Shown piece by piece: positions 40,601-51,789 of a stretch of 64,000 bases of DNA (its first letter is position 1; every line of letters starts with the position of its first letter). The DNA comes from Podospora anserina (lineage: Eukaryota). The position numbers and the translations under genes are program-made. The notes below the pieces were generated by a model. The model saw nothing but the letters and a program-made list of their open reading frames with translations, searched no databases and was not told where the DNA came from. The DNA lies in NCBI GenBank assembly GCA_017654855.1, contig CM030334.1:3596001-3660000 (forward strand), written 5' to 3'.

Positions 40601-41347
40601 AATGTCGTCCTCTGGACCCGCTCCTTCCACAAGGTCAGCGGCTCTGCCATGGAGTCGATTGTCGGCCACCGCTCAGCCAACATGTTTGCTGCCCCCATCC
40701 GAGAGAAGGATGCACCGGGCTATCATAAGGTGATCAAACAGCCCCAGGACCTGAAAACCATCCGCAGTGCCATCGCCCACGGGAACAAGGCCGCCGCGCA
40801 AGCAGCCGCTGCTTTGCCGGGGGGTGACCCAGGCGGTAGCTGCTGGCTCCCTCGGACAGAAGAGCTTGTCCCACCAAAGAGCATCATCAACTCTGGCCAG
40901 CTCGACCGCGAGCTCTCTCACATTTTTGCCAACTGCATCATGTACAATCCCGACCCGTGGCACGGACCAGGCCCGGCTTTCCTACCCCAGGAGGATGATT
41001 CTGAGGGATTGGAAGCTGGTGCGCACCAGGATAATGTCGTGGGGTACAAGGTGGACGAGTTTGGGATTGTCAACGATGCCCGCGCCATGTTTATCGAGGT
41101 CGAGCAGCATGTTAGTGAGTTGCGCTCGGCGGAGAAGCGTAGTGCGCCCCCCGGTGGTGGGCATGCTGCGGGGGCGGAGGGTGTGTTTACTGCGACGAGC
41201 ACAAGGCAGGCTAGCGTTGCGATGCAACATGGCGATGGCGGTTCCAAGGATGACGTGTCTGGTGCAGAGGAACAGGATGAGCAGACGGCGACCGAGACGG
41301 AGAATAATGACGGGAGATCCAAGAGAAGGCGAATGGGGAGAGCCTAG
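37697..41347 (+). CDS. Large Q/P-rich protein with a C-terminal bromodomain (BRD8/Bdc1-like)
   Basis: Uninterrupted ORF of about 1216 aa with IVGHRSANMFAAPIREKDAPGYHKVIKQPQDLKTI...HIFANCIMYN. Confidence 0.87.
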   Translation: MNTPANPTTFPVSSFTSLELVFLFRGVNKFGIDPAAFPQISNVLRDNSGLKRQPTFDAQRLSPEALQKVFLYLVGQEIRADHVGSMPGPDGPLSPASKKRRLDTLPLPSWKDVHQHIDKVQQAYDKVFDSYIESAVQEIDHLEEAYRKTEAELEQLQLAESQASEEAKQQKEEAIEDKGVQVNGVGDIKPKPGPAVVNGIHPSPKASPKPSPQLPQSQLPQSQLPHHAQSQPRQHLQQHPQQQHQQQNLQQSMQQPLQRPQQLTPQPHVPQVSQLSQPPQPPQPPQLPQLQQLQLPLQSPQTLHQAQPPQHGHVPQQTHVQQGQLPQQAQQGLQQGQRLPGQGQPPQQLHQGQPAQHMAQGQPPQQVQPLQQPNPLPHVQQSQQSQQPQPPLRPLQPLLPHLAPRQDVRNGLGSPHSQHASLDKAGPAPRPPTLNHQPTTRSPQLGHPDVSRGPSARPSEPSKSLGGSPQVLQAPQGVASFQPLSQSPAPTPAADGLQRPDGVARAHQSPGPLPASPHMPPSQSQLKWEPPYQPSSGARPPMNSPLQHGPNVFSPPPHMVASQRPPPISSPLQGQANRPLPQQVLHPPHTHTTGQFVPLQPTPVRPAIDAANRQPPPVSSPGPNNTVQSPFHPGPYHNYPVPSSPHPTQPQQHAPKAPQHGAVTHPPSVRSPAVASPASASGIHLPRPNQGLAAPSQQRPQSLPHLQAPSPYPQATHPPAVSSPAGPQNGGYSSPYHPPRPAPVERIHPRAPATTTPVPPARFGPAPSAPQTPAVMQQQPFVISARMTRWKTESTPSTPKGGLEFQFGWDEKPSPQTEPISPVLEPAPLPSAAPHESPQKAPEQSQAKQTPSSSGKPGRSRVPQSTRDATSPSPVASGLRNTSVKATKEVVLPINEPDAPKIKDEAMTPRPTTETGDTAADESISNRPNPARSTKRKRDESTPASVQSPRGRQLTDASRDDSMPPNMPNVVLWTRSFHKVSGSAMESIVGHRSANMFAAPIREKDAPGYHKVIKQPQDLKTIRSAIAHGNKAAAQAAAALPGGDPGGSCWLPRTEELVPPKSIINSGQLDRELSHIFANCIMYNPDPWHGPGPAFLPQEDDSEGLEAGAHQDNVVGYKVDEFGIVNDARAMFIEVEQHVSELRSAEKRSAPPGGGHAAGAEGVFTATSTRQASVAMQHGDGGSKDDVSGAEEQDEQTATETENNDGRSKRRRMGRA

Positions 41348-41775
41348 AAGGGGAGATCTCTTGGTAGCAATGCGCTCACAGGATATGAGAAAAGACAAGG
41401 GGCACTGGGAAAAGCAAGACCCAGGCAGAAAACGTATGGTGGACGTTGGGCCCGAGACTTTTGCTCATAATGAAGCTTTGTTTGGATTCATGTATCAATA
41501 AATGGGCGGGGACCAATTTTGATGTCCACCACCGTATTATAATATAAGAGCATCGCCCTGGGATTTTATACACAACAGAGCACACTCTACCTCTTGTGGT
41601 CACTATCTGTGTTCACCGGCACGGTTGATGAGGGGCACGCGAGGGGCGATATCTTTGTGAAAGCACTCAAACACACTCTTGTCAACGTTGAGACAGCTAG
41701 CGCTGCTGAGGGAGGACACAGCTTCGATTGACGATGGCTACCAAGTAACTGTACTTTTCTGAACCCTATTCGTTA

Positions 41776-41809
41776 AAGCGCTGTTTCGAAGCGCTGTTTC
41801 GAAGCGCTG
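41776..41809. repeat. 13-bp tandem repeat (AAGCGCTGTTTCG x2.6)
   Basis: Read directly from the sequence. Confidence 0.85.
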
Positions 41810-41956
41810 AACCCCTCTTCAGTCCCTATCCAAAAGCCAAAAGCAATAAAAAGCACCAAAACGCCCTGCCTCCCCTTCATTTCCTATTTCCCACCATCCC
41901 AGTCTCTTCCACTCACCAACTGCAAGAAGCCACCTCATCAAACGCCAACCTCAACT

Positions 41957-42079
41957 TTAGGCGTATTCGTACTTGACCTCAATGTCGTCGTAGCGCTTGC
42001 CCTGAAGATAGAAGACATACGCCATATCGGCGGAGCGAGCTGTAGGGTACTGCTGTTAGCAAAAACCGCAATTACCACG

Positions 42080-42142
<63 letters not shown>

Positions 42143-42154
42143 CAAAAAAAAAAA

Positions 42155-42202
<48 letters not shown>

Positions 42203-44130
42203 CAAAAAAAAAAAAAGACCAGGACAATACTCACGAGTAACCTTGATGTCACCCTCTATGATATAGTACATCTTCCCGTCCCCCCTTCTTCTGCACCCTC
42301 TCCGCCTCGGGCACCTTTGACACATCAGCAGTGAGCGTGCACAGCGTACCCAGCGTCTCATCCTTCTCCAACATGGCCTCCCGCCCCTTTTTTCTATCCA
42401 CCATGATCGCAGCTTACAACTCTGTAAACCACCCGTTTTCCACCCGCTGCCGATAATAGAACGGAAACGAGAACGGCTTGCTCTCCTCCATGTCGTCGCC
42501 CCGCTGGAAAAACCGAACCATGGCGTCGACACTCTGAATGCCGGTATACCCGTCATGAAATGTCTTGGTCGCCAGACTGGTATGCTTCTTGGTGTCAAAC
42601 GGCTGGATCCTACTCTCGCCCATGTGGTGGCGCGTCCTTCCGACTGACGACATGGACTTTGGTCAGGGAACCGTCGCCGACGAGCGAGAGGCCCTTCATG
42701 ATGGCGCCGCGGGTGACAGCCAGGTCGGGCTCCGTGGGTGTGATGAGGGGGACTTCGGTCCGCATCTGGCTGTCCTTCCTCCATATGTACGCCTGCTTGA
42801 TCTCGCCGCGGAGGTAAGGAGAACCGGCGAAGCCTCCTACTAGGATGAAGGCCTTGATGGGCTTCGTCGGGCACGCGTCCTGTTGCTCATTCACCTTTTT
42901 GACAATGATGCCGACGGTGGGCCTGAAGATGTCTTCGAGGTGGTCCGAGCTGACCTTTATCTTGTCATTGTAGACGCCGGCTTGTTCGTTGTTGAGGATG
43001 AGGTTGAGGGGGAACTCGTGGGTCCCTGAGGACTTGGTGAAACAGCGCTTGGTCTGTAGTAGAACTTGAGGATTAGTCTAAGGCGAGTGGGAAAGGGGAA
43101 AAAAAAAGTAACACTTGCCTCAAACTCAAACTTGGCCATTGCGGGGGATATATGTCTCTCACGCATGTTACGCGAAAGTAGTGCGTACCCTGGAATACAC
43201 CAGAATCTATTATGGAGGTACTCTCTGAATCTCATGTTGAGCTGGGCGGAGCCGGCAAGATCGCCATCGCGGAGACCAACCTCCTTGACCTTCAGGGGGT
43301 TGAGGTTGGTGATGGTGTAAATGACCAGGTCCACAGTGCCGCCTCCCGCATCAATAATCACGAATCTGCCAGTCTTTATCAGCACACGTGTTCATGTTGG
43401 CCTATTGCACACTGAGCAATAAACGTACGTATCGCCAACCTCGAGCTTGGTGTCTGTATCAGCAGTGCGCTCAGCCTTCTCATTGATGGCATAGATAGCA
43501 GCAGCCTCAGGCTCCGAGAGGAGATGGATGGTCCCGCTCGGCATACCCGCCGTCCTCAAGGCCGTATGGAAAGCTGTCCTGGTCTTCTCCTTGGAGTCAT
43601 TGTTCCAATTGGCTGGGACAGTGGCCACGTACTCGAAGTCAGTGGGCAAAGACTTGAAGTTCATCTTTGTCTTGGCATACCCCAGGAGCGATGTCAGAAA
43701 CTTGGTGACCAACGACTCTGGACTTGGACCGGCATTGATGAATTCAAGCTGTCGAGGTGTAAGCCTCCTTGCCCAAGGATAAAGACCGCTGCGTTGTGAC
43801 TTGGGTTAGGTCGCTATCCTCAAGGTCGTCGAAGGGGACTCACAGCTTGAACCACTCCATCACCTGGTCTGCGGGGGTATCATCAGAGACATCGAAGCCC
43901 CATTTGCCCGTCTTGGACAATTTGGTCGGGACTCTCTGGTAATGCCTGATGCCATCGACTTTCCCTTCAAGGTGCTTCTCACCGGGCTTGTTTGAAAGGT
44001 CGGCTGTAGGCCACTCTCGGAGGATCGTAACTTCATCCGGTTTGGCACTACTGGCCCAGGCAATGCTGGTAAACGTTGTGCCCATGTCGACGGCGACAAT
44101 GGTCGTCGGATTGATAGTAGGGGGGGCCAT
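41957..44130 (-). pseudogene. HSP70-like (HSPA12-type actin-like ATPase) gene, disrupted
   Basis: IVAVDMGTTFTSIAW, LLSEPEAAAIY, IIDAGGGTVDL, ILVGGFAGSPYL. Frameshift at about 42636, in-frame TAA at 42414-42416, second frameshift at about 42282. Confidence 0.85.
42080..42216. repeat. Interrupted homopolymer GC-A60-GC-A12-GC-A44-GC-A13, intronic
   Basis: Lies between a minus-strand donor GTGAGT (about 42234) and the branch GCTAAC / acceptor CAG (about 42060-42041). Confidence 0.9.
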
Positions 44131-45858
44131 CCTTCGAACTTGCAATGCTTTTCAGGCAACAAATGTGATGAAACTACCAGTTTGAAGATGAAGAGGGAAG
44201 TGACAAAAGCTCGAAATTTGGAAAAAGATTTGAAGATTGAGAAGAGTGCTAGGCACTGGGACAACAAGCCTTGTCTTGGGTTTCGCCCATCGGAAATCTT
44301 GTTCAGCCATCAGGGCTGAGTGGGTGCAAATAAGCTTTTTCTTTGCAACCTTGTCACCCATGTCTCGATACGAGTGTTGCCTTCCGTACGCCTCAGTGCC
44401 ACCTCAGAAGCCAGGTTCTATTCGGAAGATAGGGAAGGCGTGGTGCCAGGCCCAGAAATCTTGTTGCACACCGGTGTGTGTCTTGGGGTCGAGGGTTGTG
44501 AAGATCAAGCCAACCCTGAGACTTGGTTCCCGTCCTGTTGAAAGGATCAAGGGGATTTGGGGAAATCCGTCTTTGGCGTGAGTATTTGACACAGATTGTG
44601 GGAATGTGATAACCTGGAATGCTGTGTTCTTCAACCACGGTAAATTTGACCAAAGGCCAACATTGTCTGATGCATTTGATCCCATACGGTGCGGCGTATC
44701 CCAGCCAGCAGAGTTGGCCAGGCACTGGCAAGCAAGCAAACAGGAGACAAGAAGAGACAGCCAGAATTGCACAAGCGTCCCAGCTAAGTTATACCTACCC
44801 TGATCGAGAGACCATAACTGCAAACTCATGTCATCCTGTGAGGACCGTCACGAGTGAAAGTGTCATTTTTTGCACATCAGAGGTGGATGGTGGAACATAC
44901 CCTTCGAATGCCAGGCGCCGTCTACCATACTTGACTGAGTCGACTACAGCACCATACCTGTGGCACGGCCATCTGGAGAAAGCGATCGGCCTACAGCGTG
45001 TTTGTTGATTAATCTGGATATGGGTAGATTCGTGAATGCCAAAACCTGGGGTATTGGGCCCACTGCTATCCGTTTGGTCCCGAACCGCCAACAATATTGA
45101 GCTGGGTTTCGTTCCCATGGACGACAAGGTGTTCCTACGGGTGACTCAGTACTCCTATAGACGACCGATTTCCCACATACGACGGAGCAGGCTGCTTCCT
45201 ACCGGCTCCATGTGCCACCCTCAAGGTAAATATGGCTGAGTGACATCCCGCGGGTCGAGGTTTACACGACCTGCTCACCGACACCACATGGCGCGATGGG
45301 GGCTGAGGTGGGGAGCTTGCACAAGTGTCTGGAGAGCTGTCTTGAAGCGCATGGATGAACGGGAGCAGCAGATGATGACGGTGGTATACCCCAAACTGGT
45401 TTAACAATAACGTTTCACAACGGGGCCGTTGATCAGTCACTCTCGTGTTGCATTCTGTTGAGCCGCTAACACATATGGCTACACTGTGAGGGTTGAGCCC
45501 GGACGCTTATCGCGTGATGGTGGCATGCTGAATTGACTTTCTGTTTCTGTTTTTCCCTTTCTTTCTATACCGACATGTCTTGCATCTCATAGGCCTCATA
45601 CCTACAACCGGCATTGGGCTTCTGGGGCGACCAGCAAGTTGATCATCAATTCTCCCCAAGGTTGGGGCCTCGGTGGAAGAGCTAGGTAGGCATTTTGTCA
45701 TCTTGCCAATCACCTACCTACCTAGCTACCTGACTGGGGCCACCGCACACCTCTACCAATTCGCTTTCCTGAAGAACGTTTCCGTTTCCGGTGACGGGTT
45801 CCTCCGAAGGACGACCTTCCAAGATGGAAAATTGCACTGATCCATAAGTTCTAACTCG

Positions 45859-46754
45859 ATGTTTCTGAGGGTTCTCCATGCGCTTCAGTCTACTGGGTCA
45901 GGTATCTTATCAATTGGAGAATGCCTGTTCGAGCATTAACTAATTGTACGAACCAGGCGGCATGAGATCGAGGGCCCGCACCGAAGAGCGTTGATTGCAG
46001 TCACTGGCCAGCGGACTTTGCCTCTGTTGCAAGATACGGAAACCTGCATCCCAGTTTTGCCCAGTTACTATAACTGTAGTCTGCGAACACGACCCTCTAG
46101 TATGCTACGCGTGCTTGCTCATGGAATCACAGTTTAGTTGCCCATTTGGTCTGGAAGCTAAGAGATGCCCATATCCGGGCTGCGGCAAACCTGTCACTGG
46201 CGATGATCTGTGAGTGTTGGTTGCGCGGGTGTCTGCAGTCGAAGACTGATAACGGGATGCCTGAAGTCCAGACTATGTAAGGTACTGACCTTCCTTTTTT
46301 GAACAGGGTCATTGTGCAGTTTGTACGTCATCGTTACGAATCGCTGCAGGTCCTATCGCGCTGCAAATACACTCCAGGATGCTGCTGTGAGCCCGACAAA
46401 GTAATTTTTCCAATGTCGGTTTTGTTACAGAGGCCCGAGGAGGAATTGCTTGCGCGCGCACGCAGCCTGGATGAGCTGCAATATCCAAGTCCCGGTTGGT
46501 CACCAGCCCAGCAGAAAGCTAGAAGCTGTGCACCACCACGCGAGCCTTGTGTTAGCTGGACCGAGGGCACCATGTTTGACGCCCAAACCTTCAAATGGGA
46601 GGGGCGTAGGCCAGGCCGAGCGAGATTCCCCGAGCGCCAGCCTGAGGCAGACATGTTCGAGTTTGCTGCGGAGGTTTCTGACCCTAAAGCTTTCTGGACA
46701 AGTATGGCAGAGGAGCTGTCCAGGCTTGACTTGGAGGTATTACGGCTGACTTGA
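45859..46754 (+). pseudogene. RING (C3HC4, RBR-RING1-like) zinc-finger gene with a premature TGA
   Basis: CLCC...CEH...CYAC...CPYPGC. Introns at about 45902-45956 and 46210-46306 keep frame. TGA at 45992-45994 lies just before the RING. Confidence 0.6.
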
Positions 46755-46819
46755 TTTGAATGATTAAAGCTATGACTCCCTCAGCTCATTGCACGATGTT
46801 TGTTGGGGGTTGACTTTAC

Positions 46820-46985
46820 TGGGAAGTTTTGAACACAAAAAGAACAAATCATGAAAAAAAAGGATTAAAACAACAAAAGAAGCTAACCAAAAGAAAACCA
46901 AAAAAAATGCGGTGAAAAATGTGCAAAAAGTCAAACTCTCAAAAATTAAGTAAAAGAAAAAACAGCGAGCTGTGGGCAAGAAACT
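46820..46985. repeat. A-rich low-complexity tract
   Basis: Multiple A4-A8 runs. Confidence 0.7.
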
Positions 46986-47436
46986 GGAACAACCTATGGA
47001 GCGGAGTAGTTCCAAAACATCAACATAGCGAGCGGGGAGGAAAACGCCTGGTACCTGGTGTCTTGGGTTGGTCTTGACGAGCTGAAAATACCCTGGGATC
47101 AGTCCCTCGTCCTCCCCATAACCTTTTTGTTCTTTGCAAAGTGATGTGACATGCCAGCATACTCAATTCAGGGGTACTGTTTATTCAAGGTGCGTTGTCG
47201 ACATGCGGGGTAGGCCCGGCAACTGGCTTCACAGTGCGCCCGCTTTGAAATGGTGGGGTTTGGCACGGTAAGCACAGAGGACAGACACGGATTAATCGCG
47301 GCCCCCACTGAAATTTTCCGCGCTAGACCTAACGACCTACAAAATTCTTTCTTTGGCCTCGCGCATTTCTTCCTCGCTTTCCCACTGATCTTCCCACAGC
47401 GCTTCCCTCCCCACTGCCCCGGCGGCGAGCTGGGAG

Positions 47437-48325
47437 ATGCGACTTTTTCTGGTGCGACACGGGGAGACGGTCGACAATGTTGCTGGTCTTTAGTATGTTG
47501 TACCTCTTTTCTTCCTGTCCTTGTCTCGAGCACCGGACCACATGCTAACCTATTCACAGCGCAGGAGTTCGCGATTCACCGCTTACTGCCCATGGCGTTT
47601 TGCAGGCACGACGTCTGGGGGAGCACATTGCGAAGCATCATCGAGTCACCCATGTCTTCTCGTCGGATCTGCAGAGGGCCGTCTTCACGGCCGTGAAGGT
47701 CGCTGATGCTCAGCTCTCTCAGAGACAAAGATGCGACACCGACAACGGCGATGTGCCCGAGACCATCGAGAAGCTGGAGCCTGTTCCACTCGTCGACTTG
47801 CGCGAGCGCGACTTTCGGTCCGCAGAGGGCAAGAAGTTCGGTACGGCTCATGACGACGCTGAAACGCACGAGGAGATGAGGCTGAGAGCTGCTCGCTTTG
47901 TCCAAGGCCATCTGGTCCCGTTGTTGGCAAGCCGAGGGTCTGAAACAGTCGTGGTCATTGTTGCCCATGGCTTGATCCTCAACTCGCTCTTCCGGGTTCT
48001 GCAGGCAAGGTTTGGTACCGGGCCTCGCGGGTCGGAAACGTCGGCAGCGTGGAGCAATACTGGCTATCTTGAGGCTGTGGTCAAGGCTGTCGCTGCTGAC
48101 ACAGAGGGCTCGAATGCTGAGGATTCCGGTGAAAGGAAGACAAAGCAGCCACAGCTTACCATGACTGTGGTGGGGGTGAACGTGCTACGCCATCTTGAGG
48201 GCTTAAAAAAGACCAAGGGTGGAATTGGCAGTGCACAGTTCGACAAGAGGCAGAGGACCATGGATTCATTCTTTGGCCCTGCCTCCAAAAAACAGAGGGT
48301 GGATCGAGAGTCGGGGATATCCTGA
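47437..48325 (+). CDS. Histidine phosphatase / phosphoglycerate mutase family protein (intron 47493-47559)
   Basis: MRLFLVRHGETVDN, VFSSDLQRA, LRERDF, VIVAHG. Confidence 0.92.
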
Positions 48326-48847
48326 CACGGCCACCCTTGTCGACTTACAAAAAGGTATGTCTGCTTCTCTCCTTCAGCACAACACACCCCATTTTTATGA
48401 TGAGAGAAACAAGTTCACAGACCTGTACCGAAAGTATACATGTGGAAAAACTTTGTCCAACCGCTATCTGAGAAATGACCCATCCTCTTCGTTTATTTCA
48501 ATTTATTTGAGACATGCAGTTGCTAACTGTTCAAAAAGATAGGTCATGTTGCCCTCAAATACTGCCTTCGATTGAGATGGTCGACAATAAATTGACATCG
48601 TAACAGCTACCTACCTGTTCCCATTTGCACCGTGACTCTTCCCCTCTCTTTACACCTTTTCCCAACCCTGACGTTCACCCCAAATTGGCCTATCTCCCCA
48701 TGGTCCTTTCGGGTTCATTTTTTGTTCAGGAAGATCAACGTCTTACGTCCGATTACTCACCACGGATTTCGTTGGCACTTGTGCTATGGAATTCGAGGTC
48801 CATATTTTGGTCGACATTTGTTTCATAGAACATATAATAATTATAAT

Positions 48848-49392
48848 CTATTCTTCACTGGACTCTCCGTCGCCATCACTGTTTTCTGGAACCACGCCCG
48901 CCGCCTCGTCAGAGGGCAACAGTCGTGGGAACCAGCCATACTCTGCAAAGTCTACCATCAGTTCACCAAGTGCCCCTGTTGCGACGACCACGCCTTCAGC
49001 CTGCAAACTTGCGGCTTGGTTGCGAGCCCCATCTGGCTGTGATCTTTGACTCGTCAGTTCCACACTCTATATGCTTTGGGTTTAGTGACCTGCCCACCTC
49101 GGAGATATGATCCCTTTCCCGTTGATTACCCTCTGCCAGGGGACATTGTCGTGATGGTACCGGAGGGAGGTGTCGGCGGGGAGGTGCTTGAGGGCTGTGC
49201 CTACTTGTCTGGGTCGCTGGGCTGCAGTATGTTAGATGAAACGCAACAGAAGAACATATCCCAATGGCTGTACGTACGGGTGCCTATCAGTTTCGCGATG
49301 TGTCCGTAGGTGGTGACTTTGCCTTCGGGGATTTCTTGGACGGCGGCGTAGACCGCGTAGAAGAATGCTTGGGCTTCGGGGGTGCGGGGCAT
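48848..49392 (-). CDS. atl1: Alkyltransferase-like (ATL) O6-alkylguanine-binding protein (introns present)
   Basis: VQEIPEGKVTTYGHIAKLIG, PRQVG, VPWQRVIN (Trp in place of the AGT catalytic Cys of PCHR), QAASLQAEGV. Confidence 0.87.
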
Positions 49393-49616
49393 TTTTGTTG
49401 AGGCTCAAAGACAAAGAATGTTTTCTAAGACTTGGTTGGGAGGCTTGCAATGAGACGATCTTGGTGGTCGTTGCTGTGGATGAAGAGGATGATGGTGATG
49501 ATGGTGATGATTGATGTTGAGAGATGGTGAACAGTCGCAGTGGTTTCGCAGCAAGAAATGGCAGGGTGGAGCCCGACTTAGACCCTAGATTGGCAGCTGA
49601 AGGTCACCAATTACCA

Positions 49617-49709
49617 GGGTACATGGTCTAGTGGTATGATTTTCGCTTCGCATCTTGGTCCAAGTGCGAAACTTGTGAAAGGTCCTGGGTTCAATTCCCA
49701 GTGTATCCA
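49617..49709 (+). tRNA. tRNA-Ala(CGC) with 21-nt intron (49653-49673)
   Basis: Acceptor GGGTACA/TGTATCC with the G3:U70 Ala identity pair, anticodon TT-CGC-A, T loop GTTCAATTC, T5 terminator. Confidence 0.92.
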
Positions 49710-50954
49710 GATGTTTTTGCCTCCTCATTCATCCAGTCCATTGATTAATTAGCCTTGGTGAATAAAAGTTTCTTTTTTTCTTTTTGTCCTCATCTCTCTC
49801 TATCTAAAGTGTTTTGGTGGCGTACTTGATGGGTTAAACATCGTGTATGTTGGTTTTGTTGTGTGTCGGCGTTGAAGTTCTCAACTTCTCTAGACATCCA
49901 GATATATCTCCGTCCCCGAACGCCGAATCTGATGTCGGATGCCTCAAGGGCAGGAGGAGTTACATGGAACTTTTCACCTCCTGAAGGTGATCGGGAATAT
50001 CACCGGTCAATGTCAAGCTTCCTGTCACCGATGTGGTACAGTGGAATAAGCGCCTGAGCCATCATGAACAGAGGCGTCTATCTGCATGTGTAAGTGTTGT
50101 GTAACTTGTGTTTGTCAATGTTGGCTCTTTCTGGACCCTCGGACTTTTCGCGGTAAACCACGGCCTTCGGTGCCGTTGCTTCGTGGACAAACCTGGAACT
50201 CAAAAATGGAAAAGGCTCTTTCACATGTCACCGTTGAGAGATGGCGCATGCCAAGCCATGGGACGCGCACCAACACGGTGAGGACGCAAGGTGAGATAGA
50301 TGGCAGGTACCTTGGGCACGTACAGAAAGAAGGCTGGTGGCGAGTTCGGACTTTTTTCCATCCATGCTTACTGAGCGCTTGCAGGAAGAATTCCTTCAAC
50401 GGTGCCTCAGCCCTATGTAAGATTGTTGGGTCCTCGAGCGTCGCTGTGCCGTTGTGGGCGGCAGTTGGGCTGAGTGGTTGTATTACCTCGACAGTTTGAC
50501 AGCGGAACTTTCCCCGGTGAATGGTGATGGTGGGGGGCTGGAGTCTGCCCCGGATTTTCGGGTTTGAGATGGATATATCGGAATAAAGCTGAGTCAACTT
50601 GGCACGTGGGTTCTGCTTCTGTAGTCTTTTATATTCACAAGATGTAAGATGATTCGGTTATGAGGAGGTGTTTTGGCTGTCTTTGAGGAGTTATGTGATT
50701 GTCCCGGGACGCGTTGGCACTTTGCCAATGCTCCCAGATGTAGTATATTTTCGTCTACCTATTTTTCGGTGTTGCTTGGGTATGGTTCAAACAGTTCACG
50801 GGTTGTAGATAGCGCTTTTGTATTGCCCAAAGTCAAAATCTATCGATCTAGATGTTTCTTCCCTATTATGTGCATCGGTTCGTCCTTTACGGTAAAAGTA
50901 CAACGGCGAAGGTCGGGTGTGATCCGCCTCTTGAGATCCAAACTAATGAGCGCC

Positions 50955-51789
50955 CTAAGAAGCATCAGTTTCCTTGTGCTTGGTCCTGAAGTGGCGCATG
51001 ATGTTGTCCTTCCTTCCTCGACGCGGACATCCTGGATGAGGGCACTTGATCTCTTCACGCCGCTCGACATTGTTTGCTTGTGCCCACTCCCTGTGTTCAG
51101 ACCAAATGTGTCGGTTGAGCGCTCGGCTCTCCCGAAGGTTGAGATTGCAGCCTGGGAAAAGGCATTGGAAGATGGGGTTGGGCTTTTTCGTGCTAGTTGG
51201 ATGGAGGCCTTTTCGTTAGCAATGACACTTGATATCTTCAGAAGACATGTACTCACACTGAGCTTGACTCCTTCTTTTCCCTGTGAAATGGGCCAGGTGA
51301 CCACTGATCGAGTCCGCCAGTGACTTGATGGCCTGGCTGATCCTGATCTGGGGGAGCAATGTAGAAGAGCGGCGGAAACAGTTCTGTACCATATGCAAAC
51401 GAATCCAATGTGAAGGGAAGCGGTAACGGCTGCGGTGGTGAGAATGACGACTCTCTTGAGTCTGTATTGTCGAGAACCAATGGCGGATCTGGGGACTGAT
51501 GACTGGAGACATCATGTAAATTGTCATTGAGTTCAGTCGTCGTAACTGGAAAGTTGTTTTCTTCGAGCGTCAGGGCTGATAGGTCAAGCTGGAAACTATA
51601 TGAGCGCAGTAGCTGGACACAGGCAATGCTGCAGGTGGTGTAATAGAGGCTAGAAGTCGACTGCCCCTGACAAAACTCCGCGGTAGTTGCTGCTGTGATA
51701 TCCCTTGGCGAAGGCGTGAAAGATTGACCACATACAATGCACCACGCCCACCGAAAGGCCCCCGTTTGGCTGTCATCTTCTTGGGACAT
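50955..51789 (-). CDS. Two-finger C2H2 zinc-finger protein, paralogue A (phase-2 intron 51193-51256)
   Basis: The exon-2 frame is absent from the ORF track: FQCLFPGCNLNLRESRALNRHIWSEH...KCPHPGCPRRGRKDNIMRHFRTKH. Exon 1 starts MSQEDD..WCIVC. Confidence 0.75.

Noticed and set aside
41938..42252. Poly-Phe ORFs in the ORF track
   Set aside because: Translation of the intronic poly(T) tract.
45343..45887. 13-bp inverted repeat TCCATGCGCTTCA about 530 bp apart (possible MITE)
   Set aside because: Near chance expectation, with no target-site duplication or second copy.
49880..50640. 160-aa minus-strand ORF behind a TATAAAA box
   Set aside because: No ATG start, no motif and no coherent spliced model.
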